This document shows positions 1-10,942 of a stretch of DNA of 41,780 nucleotides, piece after piece. This DNA is from Gammaproteobacteria bacterium. GTDB taxonomy: Bacteria > Pseudomonadota > Gammaproteobacteria > Chromatiales > Chromatiaceae. The notes below the pieces were generated by a model. The model made no database searches, was not told where the DNA came from, and was given only the letters and a program-made list of their open reading frames with translations. The DNA lies in NCBI GenBank assembly GCA_024276875.1, contig JAJRWL010000181.1:1-41780 (forward strand). The letters are read 5' to 3'. Position numbers and translations under genes: made by a program. Position 1 is the stretch's first letter; every line of letters begins with the position of its first letter.

Positions 1-936
1 ACGCGTGATGGTCGTCCTGTGCTGCTTAAAAAACGGGTGATTGTTACGGGTGATCAGATTACCAATGCTTCCTCTGGTTTAGACCAGCGTTCAGGCAGAC
101 CTGCTGTATTTGTGAATCTTGACGGCCCTGGTGCACGACGCATGCGCAATGTGACCTCAGATAATGTCGGCAAACCGATGGCTGTGGTGTTCATTGAGAC
201 ACGATATGAAAAATATCAGGATAAAGATGGCAAAACGCTTAAACGCAAACGAAAGATGGAAGAGGTTATTAGTATTGCCACCATTCAAGAGGCCTTTGGT
301 AAACGGTTTCAAACGACAGGATTAGATAGCACAGAAGAGTCGCGAGACTTGGCGCTCTTATTGCGTGCGGGTGCATTGGCTGCCCCCATTGAGATTGTGG
401 AAGAGCGTACCATTGGCCCCAGCCTGGGTGCGGATAACATTGAACAGGGATTTAATTCGGTTGTTATTGGCTTGATTCTTGTAATGGTGTTTATGGCAAT
501 CTACTACCGAGTCTTTGGTTTGGTTGCAGATATGGCGCTGGTGGTGAATTTAGTTTTAATTGTGGCTGTGCTCTCAATGCTACAGGCCACACTCACTTTG
601 CCTGGCATTGCGGGTATTGTATTGACGGTGGGTATGGCGGTTGACGCAAACGTGCTTGTTTTTGAACGTATTCGTGAAGAGATAAACAATGGTAATACGC
701 CGCAAGCTAGTATTCATGCGGGTTATGAGAAGGCATTTTCGACAATTATGGATGCCAATGTTACAACGCTTATTGCAGCAGCGGTACTGTTTGGGTTTGG
801 TACTGGGCCAATCAAAGGGTTTGCGGTCACATTGTTTATTGGCATTTTAACCTCGATGTTTACTGCAATTATCGGCACACGTGCGGTAGTGAATTTTATC
901 TACGGTGGTAAACGTGTGAGTAAGCTTTCAATATAG
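1..936 (+). CDS. secD: Protein translocase subunit SecD, C-terminal part (5' end outside the window)
   Basis: Frame 1 is open from base 1 (ORF track 19..936). The product has the SecD C-terminal multi-TM bundle (..[12 protein letters not shown].., ..[15 protein letters not shown]..). secF follows directly. Confidence 0.9.
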   Translation, partial: TRDGRPVLLKKRVIVTGDQITNASSGLDQRSGRPAVFVNLDGPGARRMRNVTSDNVGKPMAVVFIETRYEKYQDKDGKTLKRKRKMEEVISIATIQEAFGKRFQTTGLDSTEESRDLALLLRAGALAAPIEIVEERTIGPSLGADNIEQGFNSVVIGLILVMVFMAIYYRVFGLVADMALVVNLVLIVAVLSMLQATLTLPGIAGIVLTVGMAVDANVLVFERIREEINNGNTPQASIHAGYEKAFSTIMDANVTTLIAAAVLFGFGTGPIKGFAVTLFIGILTSMFTAIIGTRAVVNFIYGGKRVSKLSI

Positions 937-1025
937 TGATTTTGAAGAAGATGTAATAATTTTTATTATTTGTTAAGCGTTGTTGGTTTACTTAACCTCT
1001 GAATATAGAAACTGAAAATACAATC

Positions 1026-1976
1026 ATGCAGCTATTTAAATTAAATCGTGCAGTTGATTTCATGGGCATGCGGAAGTTTGCAGTAGCCCTGTCAGCAATT
1101 GCCATCCTTGTGGCTATTGCGTCAATTGCCATGCGTGGAATGGATCTTGGAATTGATTTCACAGGTGGAACCCTGATTGAGGTTGGCTATCAGCAGTCAG
1201 CTGATTTGGGTCAGGTGCGCAGTGCATTGGCAGAGGCTGGTTTTCAAGATGCAACAGCACAGCATTTTGGCACAACAAGAGAGGTGCTGGTTAACTTGGC
1301 TCCTCGTGCCGGTATGTCCAATGCAGAGTTGAGTGATCAAGCTTTTAGCGCCCTTAAGCAGGTGGCGGCTGAAGGTGAGGCTGAATTGCGGCGGGTAGAG
1401 TTTGTTGGTCCTCAGGTGGGTGATGAGCTGACAGAAGATGGCGGCCTCGCCATGCTTTATGCGCTGATTGGCATTTTGATCTATGTGGCCATGCGCTTTG
1501 AGTACCGATTTGCGGTAGGCTCAATCGTTGCGCTGGTGCATGATGTATTGATCACTATGGGTATCTTTGCTCTCTTTCAGATCGAGTTTGATCTGCCGGT
1601 GCTGGCGGCGGTGCTGGCAGTGATTGGTTATTCCCTGAACGATACTATCGTAGTCTATGACCGCATCCGTGAAAATTTTCGTAAGATGCGAAAAGGAACA
1701 CCGGCCGAAATTATCAATGCCTCTCTGAATCAGACCTTGTCACGTACGATGATGACCTCGGTTACCACATTGTTGGTGCTCATCGCGCTATTTGTGCTGG
1801 GTGGGGAGATTATTCACGGGTTTGCATTAGCGTTAATAATTGGTGTGGTGGTTGGAACCTATTCATCCATCTATGTTGCTAGCACCGCTGTCTTAATGCT
1901 GGGTATCAGTAAAGCTGACATGATGCCGGTAAAGAAAGAGGGAGCGGATGATGCAAATGCAGATGCCCGCCCCTAA
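1026..1976 (+). CDS. secF: Protein translocase subunit SecF
   Basis: 316 aa. N-terminal TM segment, GIDFTGGT motif, and a C-terminal TM bundle with YSLNDTIVVYDRIREN. Sits directly downstream of secD. Confidence 0.95.
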   Translation: MQLFKLNRAVDFMGMRKFAVALSAIAILVAIASIAMRGMDLGIDFTGGTLIEVGYQQSADLGQVRSALAEAGFQDATAQHFGTTREVLVNLAPRAGMSNAELSDQAFSALKQVAAEGEAELRRVEFVGPQVGDELTEDGGLAMLYALIGILIYVAMRFEYRFAVGSIVALVHDVLITMGIFALFQIEFDLPVLAAVLAVIGYSLNDTIVVYDRIRENFRKMRKGTPAEIINASLNQTLSRTMMTSVTTLLVLIALFVLGGEIIHGFALALIIGVVVGTYSSIYVASTAVLMLGISKADMMPVKKEGADDANADARP

Positions 1977-1989
1977 CAGGTGAAGTCTA

Positions 1990-2238
1990 TTAGTTGTAGC
2001 GTTGTTTTTTTGCAGAAAAATCGATGATCGCGGCCTCTAAATTGTTCGCTTTTTCTATTGACGTAAGTTTCTTGCGTTTGCGTGGTGGATGGATATCAAT
2101 GATCTCAAAACCGGCATTTCCAGGCTTTTCATAAGCGGCTTCAAGTAGACACTCTTCCATGCCGTTCAGTACTTCACGCATAATTGTTTCCAGTGCGCGG
2201 TTACTGAAATCTGTAGTGTACTTTTTATTGCTTGCCAT
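1990..2238 (-). CDS. Hypothetical small protein (82 aa)
   Basis: Only ORF filling the 350 bp gap between secF and suhB. Balanced, charged composition with a KRKK patch. No family recognised and the RBS is weak. Confidence 0.45.
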   Translation of the reverse strand: MASNKKYTTDFSNRALETIMREVLNGMEECLLEAAYEKPGNAGFEIIDIHPPRKRKKLTSIEKANNLEAAIIDFSAKKQRYN

Positions 2239-2324
2239 CGGATTACCATGGGTTCAGAGTTATTTAAGTCTCTAAACTTAGCGGTAATAACCGATAAAAA
2301 TGAAGGGAAAATGGTTCCTGAATG

Positions 2325-3128
2325 TTAGAACTTTAGTTTTTCATTAAGGTGGGGGCGAATGGCGTTCAATATAGCAGCGTGTGCTTTAAGTCCACCTGCA
2401 ATAGTGTTTCCGCTATCAAAATATTGATTGCCACCGGCTAAATCGGTTACTGTGCCACCCGCTTCACGCACAATAAGTGCGCCTGCGGCGAAATCCCACT
2501 CGGCTAATCCAAGTTCCCAGAAGCCATCTAATCGACCCGCTGCTACATAGGCAAAATCCAGCGCAGCAGATCCTGGGCGGCGAATCCCTGCCGTTTCCTT
2601 TGAGAGGTCTTTAAACATGCCTAGATAGGCATCAATATGGCGCTGGTCACGGAATGGGAAGCCTGTACCAAGTAAAGCACCTTTTAAATTAGGGCGTGCA
2701 GTAACTCGAATACGGTGGTCGTTTAGATAGGCACCAGTCCCTTTGCTCGCAGTAAACATCTCTTCACGGATGGGGTCATAAACGACTCCGTGCTCTAGTT
2801 CACCACGGCGTTTTACTGCAATTGAGATAGAAAAATGTGGCGAGCCGTGGAGGTAGTTTGTGGTTCCATCCAGTGGGTCGATAATCCACTGGTAGTCATT
2901 GCCTGGATGAGCTCCGCTCTCTTCGGCGAGAATGGCGTGATCGGGGTATGATTTCTTTATTACCTGAATAATGGCTTGTTCCGCAGAGCGATCTACCTCA
3001 CTGACAAAGTCATTCAGTCCTTTAGATGTGACGGTAAGCGTGTCAACTCGGTCAAAATTGCGCAGTAGAATGTTACCCGCGCTACGGGCTGCTCGAACAG
3101 CTATATTAATCATTGGGTGCTTGTGCAT
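2325..3128 (-). CDS. suhB: Inositol monophosphatase family protein SuhB
   Basis: The product from MHKHPMINIAVRAARSAG.. matches the SuhB N-terminus (E. coli MHPMLNIAVRAARKAG, from memory). It has the IIDPLDGTTNY and WDFAAG motifs. The ORF track start at 3158 adds 10 unconserved residues. Confidence 0.9.
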   Translation of the reverse strand: MHKHPMINIAVRAARSAGNILLRNFDRVDTLTVTSKGLNDFVSEVDRSAEQAIIQVIKKSYPDHAILAEESGAHPGNDYQWIIDPLDGTTNYLHGSPHFSISIAVKRRGELEHGVVYDPIREEMFTASKGTGAYLNDHRIRVTARPNLKGALLGTGFPFRDQRHIDAYLGMFKDLSKETAGIRRPGSAALDFAYVAAGRLDGFWELGLAEWDFAAGALIVREAGGTVTDLAGGNQYFDSGNTIAGGLKAHAAILNAIRPHLNEKLKF

Positions 3129-3245
3129 GGGCGGCAAAGATACAGCAAGCGGTTCCAAGGATAAAGGATATTTTCAATTGACCCGACCGTAGTGACTAAG
3201 TACCCTGCTTTTTTTTATCAATTTTGCCTTAAAAAATAGTGAAAA

Positions 3246-3968
3246 ATGATGAGTTTAGATAACATTCGCATTGTGTTGGTTGGTACTACCCATCCTGGAA
3301 ATATTGGTGCGGTTGCTCGGGCGATGAAGAATATGTGCTTAAGTCGGCTTTATTTAGTGCAGCCTAAAGAGTTTCCGTGTGCAGAAGCTACTGCGAGAGC
3401 TTCGGGTGCTGATGACCTGCTGTATAACGCCAGGGTCTGTAATAGTTTGAATGAGGCTCTGGATGGGTGTCATTTGGTCGTAGGCGCGAGTGCCAGGCTG
3501 CGTCGTGTAGAGTGGCCTCAATTTGCCCCTCGAGAGTGTGCCTCGCAGTTATTAAGTGGAGCAAGACAAGGGTCTGTTGCCCTCGTTTTTGGGCGTGAAA
3601 ATTCTGGCTTAAGCAATGCAGAGATGGATCGTTGCCAGTACTTGGTGCATATTCCAGCCAATGAGGAGTACCGCTCCTTAAACCTCTCTATGGCTGTGCA
3701 GGTACTCGCCTATGAATTGCGGATGACATCGTTGGAGAAGATTGCTCCAGAGCTAAAGGCTGATCGCCAAGTCGCTACAGCTGATGAGATGGAAGGGTTT
3801 ATTCAACATTTGAAACAGACCATGCAGGATATCCATTTTTCAGATCCTCGCCAGTCCACTCGGCTGTTGCGAAGATTGCGTCGTTTATTTAACCGTGCGC
3901 AACCAGATAATGATGAACTCAATATTCTTCGTGGCATTTTAAGTGCGGCACAGAACTGCAAATTATAA
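3246..3968 (+). CDS. trmJ: tRNA (cytidine/uridine-2'-O)-methyltransferase, SpoU/TrmH class (TrmJ-like)
   Basis: 240 aa. IRIVLVGTTHPGNIGAVARAMKNM N-terminus and a SpoU knot region (FGRENSGLSN, IPANEEYRSLNLSMAVQV). Position between suhB and the isc cluster is conserved. Confidence 0.85.
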   Translation: MMSLDNIRIVLVGTTHPGNIGAVARAMKNMCLSRLYLVQPKEFPCAEATARASGADDLLYNARVCNSLNEALDGCHLVVGASARLRRVEWPQFAPRECASQLLSGARQGSVALVFGRENSGLSNAEMDRCQYLVHIPANEEYRSLNLSMAVQVLAYELRMTSLEKIAPELKADRQVATADEMEGFIQHLKQTMQDIHFSDPRQSTRLLRRLRRLFNRAQPDNDELNILRGILSAAQNCKL

Positions 3969-4138
3969 AATTGTTGATTTCACCGCGCCTATTTTTAGGC
4001 AGTTGGTGTGATTGACGCTGAAAATAATATGCTGGGTCAGTCTGAAAATATAAAAAATTAAAGTTATAATTGCTATTAATATCAGGCACATAAAAATAAC
4101 CAGTGAATTTGTAGGAAATTTAACGCGCACATTTTATA

Positions 4139-4163
4139 ATTATCGAGTAAAATACTCGGAAAT
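4139..4163. promoter_or_regulatory. Putative IscR type-1-like palindromic operator overlapping a TATAAT box upstream of cysE
   Basis: ATTATCGAGTAAAATACTCGGAAAT is an inverted repeat (CGAGTA-N3-TACTCG, extended by ATAATT/AATTAT). By my count it matches about 19/25 positions of the remembered IscR type-1 consensus ATASYYGACTRWWWYAGTCRRSTAT. TATAAT lies at 4135..4140 and the cysE ATG at 4191. Confidence 0.4.
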
Positions 4164-4190
4164 TATTAAGTGTCGTAGGTGAATTGATTA

Positions 4191-4991
4191 ATGTTCTCTC
4201 GTATTAGAGAAGATGTTGGATGTGTTTTTACGCGAGATCCTGCTGCGCGTAATGTTTTTGAAGTTATAACGACTTACCCAGGCATTCATGCAGTCTTGTT
4301 TCATCGTGCGTCACACTGGTTGTGGCAAAATAAATTATGTTGGGTAGCTCGCGTACTATCAAATGTGGTGCGTTGGGTAACAGGCATTGAGATACATCCA
4401 GGTGCCATTATTGGACGACGCTTTTTCATTGATCATGGGATGGGAGTTGTGATTGGTGAAACAGCCGAGATTGGTGATGATTGCACACTTTATCATGGTG
4501 TAACACTAGGTGGTACAAGCTGGGATGCGGGGAAACGCCATCCAACACTTGGGAATAATGTTGTAGTGGGTGCAGGCGCTAAAGTGCTGGGGCCTATTCA
4601 TTTGGGCGATGGTGCTCGAGTTGGGTCAAATGCTGTAGTGGTTAAGTCGGTGCCTGAAAACGCAACGGTTATTGGTGTTCCAGGTCATTTAGTGGGTCTT
4701 CATGCTGAGGTCTCAGCAGAGAGAGAGGCCATTGCTAAAAAAATGGGGTTCGATGCCTACGGCACTTCATCAGATATGCCGGATCCTGTCGCACATGCAA
4801 TCAACCATATGCTGGATCATATTCATCTTATGGATAAGCGCATGGAGACTATGTCAGAAAAGCTACAGGATGTGGGAGGAGAGGATAACAGCCAGATAAG
4901 GATGCCGGAAATGGAGTGCTGTGAGATTGTTTCAGAGGCGGAAGAGCTGCTGGAAGCTTCGTCTGTTAAAGCGGATGAAATAGAGCGTTAA
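4191..4991 (+). CDS. cysE: Serine O-acetyltransferase with long acidic C-terminal tail
   Basis: 266 aa. Left-handed beta-helix hexapeptide repeats ([33 protein letters not shown]..). Position directly upstream of iscR. Confidence 0.9.
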   Translation: MFSRIREDVGCVFTRDPAARNVFEVITTYPGIHAVLFHRASHWLWQNKLCWVARVLSNVVRWVTGIEIHPGAIIGRRFFIDHGMGVVIGETAEIGDDCTLYHGVTLGGTSWDAGKRHPTLGNNVVVGAGAKVLGPIHLGDGARVGSNAVVVKSVPENATVIGVPGHLVGLHAEVSAEREAIAKKMGFDAYGTSSDMPDPVAHAINHMLDHIHLMDKRMETMSEKLQDVGGEDNSQIRMPEMECCEIVSEAEELLEASSVKADEIER

Positions 4992-5063
4992 TGCGTAATT
5001 TACAGAATATAAAATGGCTATAAAAACGGTTGTTTTTTGAGATAAATTTTGAGGCACTAAACA

Positions 5064-5552
5064 ATGAGGCTGACAACAAAAGGTCGCTATGCTGTAACAG
5101 CAATGTTGGATTTGGCACTGCATCATAAAAAGGGACCCATTACGCTGGCAGATATTGCTGAACGCCAGGGGATATCCCTATCTTATTTAGAGCAGCTATT
5201 TTCTCGGATGCGTAAACAAGGGCTGGTTTACAGTGTTCGTGGCCCAGGTGGCGGCTATAGTCCGGCACGTGCAACGGCTGAAATATCCATAGCAGAGATC
5301 ATTGCAGCTGTTGATGAAAGTGTTGATACCACCCGATGCAACGGGGCGCATAACTGTCAAAACAATGAGGTTTGTTTAACGCATAATCTTTGGGAAGATT
5401 TGAGTAACCGCATCTACGATTATCTGAAAGAGGTTAGTTTGGAGAGTTTAATGGCTACCCAGGGGGTGCAAAAGGTTTCGCAACGTCAGGATGGGGTCTG
5501 CAATACTGATTTAGCAGTGGATTTGCCACCCAATCCTGGGGCAACCAATTAA
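5064..5552 (+). CDS. iscR: Fe-S cluster assembly transcriptional regulator IscR (Rrf2 family)
   Basis: [21 protein letters not shown]-terminus, Rrf2 wHTH, and the Cys cluster C-x5-C-x5-C ([15 protein letters not shown]). Confidence 0.92.
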   Translation: MRLTTKGRYAVTAMLDLALHHKKGPITLADIAERQGISLSYLEQLFSRMRKQGLVYSVRGPGGGYSPARATAEISIAEIIAAVDESVDTTRCNGAHNCQNNEVCLTHNLWEDLSNRIYDYLKEVSLESLMATQGVQKVSQRQDGVCNTDLAVDLPPNPGATN

Positions 5553-5597
5553 TACATTACCCGTACAAATTATAGAAAATAGTGAGTGGAGCAATAG

Positions 5598-6812
5598 ATG
5601 AAGGCACCTATTTACATGGACTATTCAGCGACCACTCCGGTTGATCCGCGCGTTGCAGAGGCAATGTGTCGGTATTTGACTCCGGATGGTGACTTTGGAA
5701 ACCCAGCATCTCGGTCGCACCACTATGGATGGAAAGCAGAAGAGGCAGTAGATAAAGCGCGCCGTGATGTGGCAGACCTTATCAATGCCGATCCTCGTGA
5801 AATTGTCTGGACCTCTGGTGCAACAGAGTCAGATAACCTTGCACTAAAAGGCGTTGCCCATTTTTATAAGAAAAAGGGCAAGCACATCATCACCTGCAAA
5901 ACAGAGCACAAAGCCGTTTTGGATAGCTGCCGTCAGCTAGAACGAGAAGGCTTTGAGGTGACGTATCTTGATCCTGAATCTAATGGCTTGATTGACCTTA
6001 AAAAATTAGAAAATGCCATGCGAGATGACACGGTTTTGGTCTCTATTATGCATGTCAATAATGAGATTGGTGTCATTCAGGATATTGCAGCCATTGGCGA
6101 AATGACCCGATCACGTAAGATTTTGTTCCATGTTGATGCGGCACAGAGTGCGGGTAAGATTCCAATTGATTTATCAGAATTAAAAGTGGATCTGATGTCA
6201 CTCTCTGCGCATAAGATTTATGGACCTAAAGGCATTGGTGCGCTATATGTGCGACGCAAACCGCGTGTGCGTATTGAGGCTCAAATGCACGGCGGTGGTC
6301 ATGAGCGGGGGATGCGCTCAGGTACGCTAGCAACGCACCAGATTGCAGGTATGGGAGAGGCTTTTCGTATCGCCAAAGAGGAGATGGAGAGTGAAAATGC
6401 CCGCCTTATGGCTTTGCGAAACCGCCTATGGGATGGTCTCAAAGAGATGGAAGAGGTCTACCTCAATGGTGATTTAGAGCGCCGAGTCGCCGGTAATCTC
6501 AATGTCAGCTTTAATTATGTTGAAGGCGAGTCATTGGTGATGGCGCTAAAAAACATGGCAGTCTCCTCTGGTTCAGCTTGTACCTCAGCAAGTTTAGAAC
6601 CCAGCTATGTGTTGAGAGCGATTGGCCGTGAAGATGAGCTGGCACATAGCTCTATCCGCTTCAGTATAGGCCGTTTCACGACAGATGATGAAGTGAGCGA
6701 AGTGATCGCAGACCTGCAAAAACAGGTGACCCGGCTGCGTGAACTTTCACTGCTGTGGGAGATGCACAAAGATGGCATTGATCTGAAAGAGATTGACTGG
6801 GCAGCTCACTAA
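5598..6812 (+). CDS. iscS: Cysteine desulfurase IscS
   Basis: 404 aa, near colinear with E. coli IscS as I recall it ([46 protein letters not shown]). Confidence 0.97.
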   Translation: MKAPIYMDYSATTPVDPRVAEAMCRYLTPDGDFGNPASRSHHYGWKAEEAVDKARRDVADLINADPREIVWTSGATESDNLALKGVAHFYKKKGKHIITCKTEHKAVLDSCRQLEREGFEVTYLDPESNGLIDLKKLENAMRDDTVLVSIMHVNNEIGVIQDIAAIGEMTRSRKILFHVDAAQSAGKIPIDLSELKVDLMSLSAHKIYGPKGIGALYVRRKPRVRIEAQMHGGGHERGMRSGTLATHQIAGMGEAFRIAKEEMESENARLMALRNRLWDGLKEMEEVYLNGDLERRVAGNLNVSFNYVEGESLVMALKNMAVSSGSACTSASLEPSYVLRAIGREDELAHSSIRFSIGRFTTDDEVSEVIADLQKQVTRLRELSLLWEMHKDGIDLKEIDWAAH

Positions 6813-6948
6813 GCATAAGGCAATGGGATTCTTGATCTTAAAACCAGGAACTCCGAGTTTGGGCTATTATCTAAATATAAATAATCGAGCAAGTGATGCG
6901 CATTATAGTTGAATCGGTTTTGGCTAAAAGAGCATAGGAGTTTGAATC

Positions 6949-7335
6949 ATGGCATACAGTGAAAAAGTCTTAGATCACTACGAGAACCCGCGTAATGCAG
7001 GTGTTCTTGATAAAGAAGATAGCGATGTAGGTACCGGTATGGTCGGTGCTCCAGCCTGTGGCGATGTAATGCGTCTACAGATTAAGGTTAATGATGAAGG
7101 TATCATTGAAGATGCCAAATTCAAAACCTACGGTTGTGGTTCTGCTATTGCCTCCAGTAGCCTCTTAACTGAATGGGTAAAAGGTAAAACCCTGGAAGAA
7201 GCAACCAAGATCAAAAATGTTGACCTAGCTGAAGAACTAGCGCTGCCGCCGGTAAAGATTCACTGTTCTGTATTGGCAGAAGATGCCATCAAAGCAGCGA
7301 TCAGTGATTACACTGCGAAGCAGGACAAGAAATAG
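6949..7335 (+). CDS. iscU: Fe-S cluster scaffold IscU
   Basis: 128 aa. [30 protein letters not shown] and HCS motifs. Confidence 0.97.
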   Translation: MAYSEKVLDHYENPRNAGVLDKEDSDVGTGMVGAPACGDVMRLQIKVNDEGIIEDAKFKTYGCGSAIASSSLLTEWVKGKTLEEATKIKNVDLAEELALPPVKIHCSVLAEDAIKAAISDYTAKQDKK

Positions 7336-7337
7336 CT

Positions 7338-7661
7338 ATGGCGATTACACTGACTGAAGCCGCTGCAGCTCGCGTTAATAAGTTTATGGTAAGCCGAGGG
7401 AAGGGTATTGGTGTCCGTTTAGGTGTACGCACGTCGGGATGCTCTGGTATGGCTTACGTATTAGAGTTTGTCGATGAGATTGAAGAGGGCGACTCCGTCT
7501 TTGAGGATAGGGATATCAAGGTATTGGTTGACACCAAAAGTCTCCTCTATCTGGATGGCACCGAGCTAGATTTTGTAAAAGAGGGATTGAGTGAAGGTTT
7601 TAAGTTCAACAACCCTAATACCAAAGAGTCATGCGGCTGCGGCGAAAGCTTCTCTGTCTGA
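7338..7661 (+). CDS. iscA: Fe-S cluster insertion protein IscA (A-type carrier)
   Basis: 107 aa. SGCSGMAY and C-terminal CGCGESF motifs. Begins 2 nt after iscU. Confidence 0.95.
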   Translation: MAITLTEAAAARVNKFMVSRGKGIGVRLGVRTSGCSGMAYVLEFVDEIEEGDSVFEDRDIKVLVDTKSLLYLDGTELDFVKEGLSEGFKFNNPNTKESCGCGESFSV

Positions 7662-7787
7662 TGGTTTTCTGCCATATTGATGCTGGCTGATATTGAAAAT
7701 ATACTTTAATTCTGTTTAGCATCCCTATGGTTAATAACGTTAAACTGGTGTTCTCCAGGTGTTCTGATTTCGATAGCTAAATAAATT

Positions 7788-8333
7788 ATGTTGGATTTCT
7801 CGAAGAATTACTTTGAGTTGTTTGGTCTACCTGTTGGGTTTGAGGTGGACAGTAACAGGCTCGCAGATCGCTATAGGGAGTTGCAACGCGCTATTCATCC
7901 CGATCGATATGCTAATGCAACTGGGCAGGAGAAACGTCTCTCCATGCAAGGCTCAATTCGCCTCAATGATGCACTCAATACACTGAAAAAACCGCTGCTG
8001 CGGGCGCAGTATTTGTTGGAATTGAAGGGTGTAAATCTGGAAACAAAAGGCGCTAGCATTACAGATGGTGGATTTTTGATGGAGCAGATGGAGCTGCGTG
8101 AAGAGTTAGCAGGAATTAAGCAGCAGGCTGACCCTTATGATGCAGTTGCCAGCTTGATGAATCGTATTAAGAGCAACATCCAAGGCCTGCTTCGAGAGAT
8201 AAGTGAGCAGTTTGAGACGGATACACCGCAAGCTTTAAAGCAGTCTCAAGAGACAGTCAGTAAACTGCAATTCCTGTATAAACTTAGCACTCAGGTTGAA
8301 GAGCTTGAAGAGGAGCTAGATGAGGCACTTTGA
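7788..8333 (+). CDS. hscB: Co-chaperone HscB (J-domain)
   Basis: 181 aa. J-domain with HPD (YRELQRAIHPDRY). Position between iscA and hscA. Confidence 0.9.
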   Translation: MLDFSKNYFELFGLPVGFEVDSNRLADRYRELQRAIHPDRYANATGQEKRLSMQGSIRLNDALNTLKKPLLRAQYLLELKGVNLETKGASITDGGFLMEQMELREELAGIKQQADPYDAVASLMNRIKSNIQGLLREISEQFETDTPQALKQSQETVSKLQFLYKLSTQVEELEEELDEAL

Positions 8334-8427
8334 GTAAAAGCTAAACCTGAACTATATCCGCCTTGGTTTTTAGATAAAAACTTGCACAAAATTATGGCAA
8401 ATCATTAATTAATAACTGATTAAATCT

Positions 8428-10302
8428 ATGGCACTTTTACAACTTTCAGAACCGGGTCAATCGCTGGCACCACATCAACATAAACTGGCTGTGGGTATTG
8501 ATTTAGGCACAACTAACTCACTGGTTGCCACGGTACGGAGTGGTCAGGCAGAAACCCTGCCAGATGAGCAGGGTCACCACCTATTACCTTCTGTTGTGCG
8601 CTACCTGGATGAGCAGATCGAGGTCGGCTATGAGGCGATCTTGGCAGCAACGACTGATCCATTGAATACCATCGCCTCAGTAAAGCGGCTGATGGGGCGC
8701 AGCATTGAGGATATAAAAATCCTCGGTAATCGATTGCCCTATGAGTTTCAGCAGCAGGAGACCGCTGTTCCACGCATTCATACAGCAGGTGGTGATGTCA
8801 GCCCTATTGAGGTCTCTGCTGAGATCTTAAAGGTATTGGCCAAACGCGCCGAGGCCAGTTTGGGTGGTGAGCTAAATGGCGTAGTTATCACCGTCCCTGC
8901 CTATTTTGATGATGCTCAGCGCCAAGCTACTAAAGATGCAGCCCAATTAGCCGGTCTTAATGTACTGCGACTGCTTAATGAGCCAACAGCCGCAGCGGTA
9001 GCTTATGGGCTTGATCGTGGCCAGGATGGTCTGCATGCTATCTATGACCTGGGCGGTGGCACCTTTGATATCTCTATCTTGCGGCTGAACCAAGGTGTGT
9101 TTGAGGTGCTTTCCACTGGCGGTGATTCTGCCCTGGGTGGTGATGATTTTGATCGCATAGTCGCAGGTTGGATTATGCAGCAAGCAGGCATTAAAGATGA
9201 TGCGGGTCATGCCATGCTGCGTCGATTGATGCGAGATGCTTGTGCAGCAAAAGAGGCACTGACTGATGCAGCAGTGGCACAACTCAACATTGAGCTTGAA
9301 GATGGAAACCATTGGCAAGGGGAGTTGGATCGAGCCACCTTTAACCAATTGGTTGAGCCTCTGATTCGTAAAACCTTGGCTCCTTGCCGCCGCGCGCTGC
9401 GTGATGCCGGTTTGACGGCTGATGAGATTGAAGATGTGGTTCTGGTGGGGGGCTCAACACGCGTGCCCTATGTACGTGAGATGGTCGGTAATTTTTTTGG
9501 TACACCACCACTTGTGGATATTGACCCTGATAAAGTCGTGGCACTGGGTGCTGCAATTCAGGCCGACATTCTGATTGGCAACAAGCCAGAAGATGAAATG
9601 CTGCTGCTGGATGTGAATCCGCTCTCCCTGGGCATTGAGACAATGGGCGGTCTAGTAGAAAAAATCATTCCCCGTAATACCACTATCCCAGTTGCTCGTG
9701 CGCAAGAATTTACGACCTTCAAAGATGGGCAGACAGCTATGGCGATTCATGTCCTGCAAGGGGAACGCGAGCTGGTTGCTGACTGTCGATCACTGGCGCG
9801 TTTTGAACTGCGCGAAATTCCCCCGATGGTTGCCGGTGCGGCACACATCCTCGTTACTTTTGAGGTTGATGCCGATGGTCTGCTGCATGTAACCGCCAAA
9901 GAGCAGAGCAGCGGTGTAGAGACACGTGTTGAGGTCAAACCCTCTTATGGCCTAACAGACAGTGAGATTGAAGGCATGTTGCGTGCCTCTATGGCTCACG
10001 CTCAAGAGGATATGGATACTCGTCGATTACGTGAGCAGCAGGTGGAGGCCAAGCGTGTGATTGAGGCACTGGCTTCTGCGCTGGCTGCAGATGGCGAGCA
10101 ACTGTTGACGAAAGAAGAGCGGGAGCCGATTAAAAAATCATTTCAGCATCTTGTCACATTGAGTGAATCAGATGATCATGAGGCGATTAAAGAGGCGATT
10201 GAAGCACTTGAAAAGAGCTGTGAATTTTATGTTGAGCGGCGCATGAACGCCAACATCCATAAAGCGATGGCTGGACAAAAGGTGGAGAACTTCAATGACT
10301 AA
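8428..10302 (+). CDS. hscA: Fe-S chaperone HscA (Hsp70 family)
   Basis: 624 aa. [25 protein letters not shown]-terminus matches E. coli HscA. Hsp70 ATPase and substrate-binding motifs are present. Confidence 0.97.
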   Translation: MALLQLSEPGQSLAPHQHKLAVGIDLGTTNSLVATVRSGQAETLPDEQGHHLLPSVVRYLDEQIEVGYEAILAATTDPLNTIASVKRLMGRSIEDIKILGNRLPYEFQQQETAVPRIHTAGGDVSPIEVSAEILKVLAKRAEASLGGELNGVVITVPAYFDDAQRQATKDAAQLAGLNVLRLLNEPTAAAVAYGLDRGQDGLHAIYDLGGGTFDISILRLNQGVFEVLSTGGDSALGGDDFDRIVAGWIMQQAGIKDDAGHAMLRRLMRDACAAKEALTDAAVAQLNIELEDGNHWQGELDRATFNQLVEPLIRKTLAPCRRALRDAGLTADEIEDVVLVGGSTRVPYVREMVGNFFGTPPLVDIDPDKVVALGAAIQADILIGNKPEDEMLLLDVNPLSLGIETMGGLVEKIIPRNTTIPVARAQEFTTFKDGQTAMAIHVLQGERELVADCRSLARFELREIPPMVAGAAHILVTFEVDADGLLHVTAKEQSSGVETRVEVKPSYGLTDSEIEGMLRASMAHAQEDMDTRRLREQQVEAKRVIEALASALAADGEQLLTKEEREPIKKSFQHLVTLSESDDHEAIKEAIEALEKSCEFYVERRMNANIHKAMAGQKVENFND

Positions 10303-10633
10303 AATTGTATTCCTTCCGCATGAAGAACTCTGCCCAGAAGGCGCAGTAATTGAAGCAGAACCCGGTGAACATATCTGCGAAGCGGCCGTGAGAAATGGCA
10401 TTGAGATTGAGCACGCCTGCGAGATGTCTTGTGCCTGCACTACCTGTCACGTCATTATTCGTGAAGGTTTTGATTCGTTAGGCGAGTCGGATGAATTTGA
10501 AGATGACATGCTGGATAAGGCCTGGGGGTTGGAACCCGAGTCCCGCCTAAGCTGCCAAGCCATTATTGGTGATGAAGACTTGGTGATAGAGATCCCAAAA
10601 TACACCATCAATATGGTGGCAGAAAATCATTAG
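10295..10633 (+). CDS. fdx: [2Fe-2S] ferredoxin of the ISC system
   Basis: 112 aa. [15 protein letters not shown] and LSCQA Cys ligands. Overlaps the hscA stop by 8 nt. Confidence 0.95.
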   Translation: MTKIVFLPHEELCPEGAVIEAEPGEHICEAAVRNGIEIEHACEMSCACTTCHVIIREGFDSLGESDEFEDDMLDKAWGLEPESRLSCQAIIGDEDLVIEIPKYTINMVAENH

Positions 10634-10642
10634 GAGCAAGCC

Positions 10643-10843
10643 ATGAGCTTAAAGTGGACTGATTCACTGGATCTTGCCATTGCACTGGATGATGCCCATC
10701 CTGATGTCGATCCCCATCATCTTAATTTTGTTGATCTCAGAAATATGATTATGGCATTGGATGAATTTGGCGATGATCCAACACACTGTGGTGAACGTAT
10801 TTTAGAGGCTGTGACCCAGGCCTGGATTGATGAGAAAGATTAA
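10643..10843 (+). CDS. iscX: Fe-S assembly accessory protein IscX
   Basis: 66 aa. LKWTDS.. start and the DDP....ERILEA pattern as in E. coli IscX/YfhJ. Confidence 0.9.
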   Translation: MSLKWTDSLDLAIALDDAHPDVDPHHLNFVDLRNMIMALDEFGDDPTHCGERILEAVTQAWIDEKD

Positions 10844-10942
10844 AGGATACCTTTATTAATTTATGGCGGGGCATCTTGAGTCTAAAATATCCAATAGCTG
10901 CATTGCTAAGCACTTAGCATCTTGCTCTTGAATATTTTGAAT

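Noticed and set aside
6924-6938. The 15-mer ctaaaagagcatagg shared between the iscS-iscU spacer and 28065..28079.
   Set aside because: A 15-mer match is expected about once by chance in 41.8 kb when both strands are considered, and the flanks show no further similarity.
8513-10440. The many 60-145 aa ORFs on the opposite strand or in alternative frames of long genes. Examples are 8947..9348 and 9341..9643 in hscA, 30393..30800 in the aminotransferase, 37233..37670 in sucA and 39043..39474 in lpdA.
   Set aside because: They lie entirely inside strongly supported conserved genes. Their composition is skewed and low-complexity (rich in Arg, Ser, Pro, Cys), as expected of shadow frames, and none has a recognisable motif.
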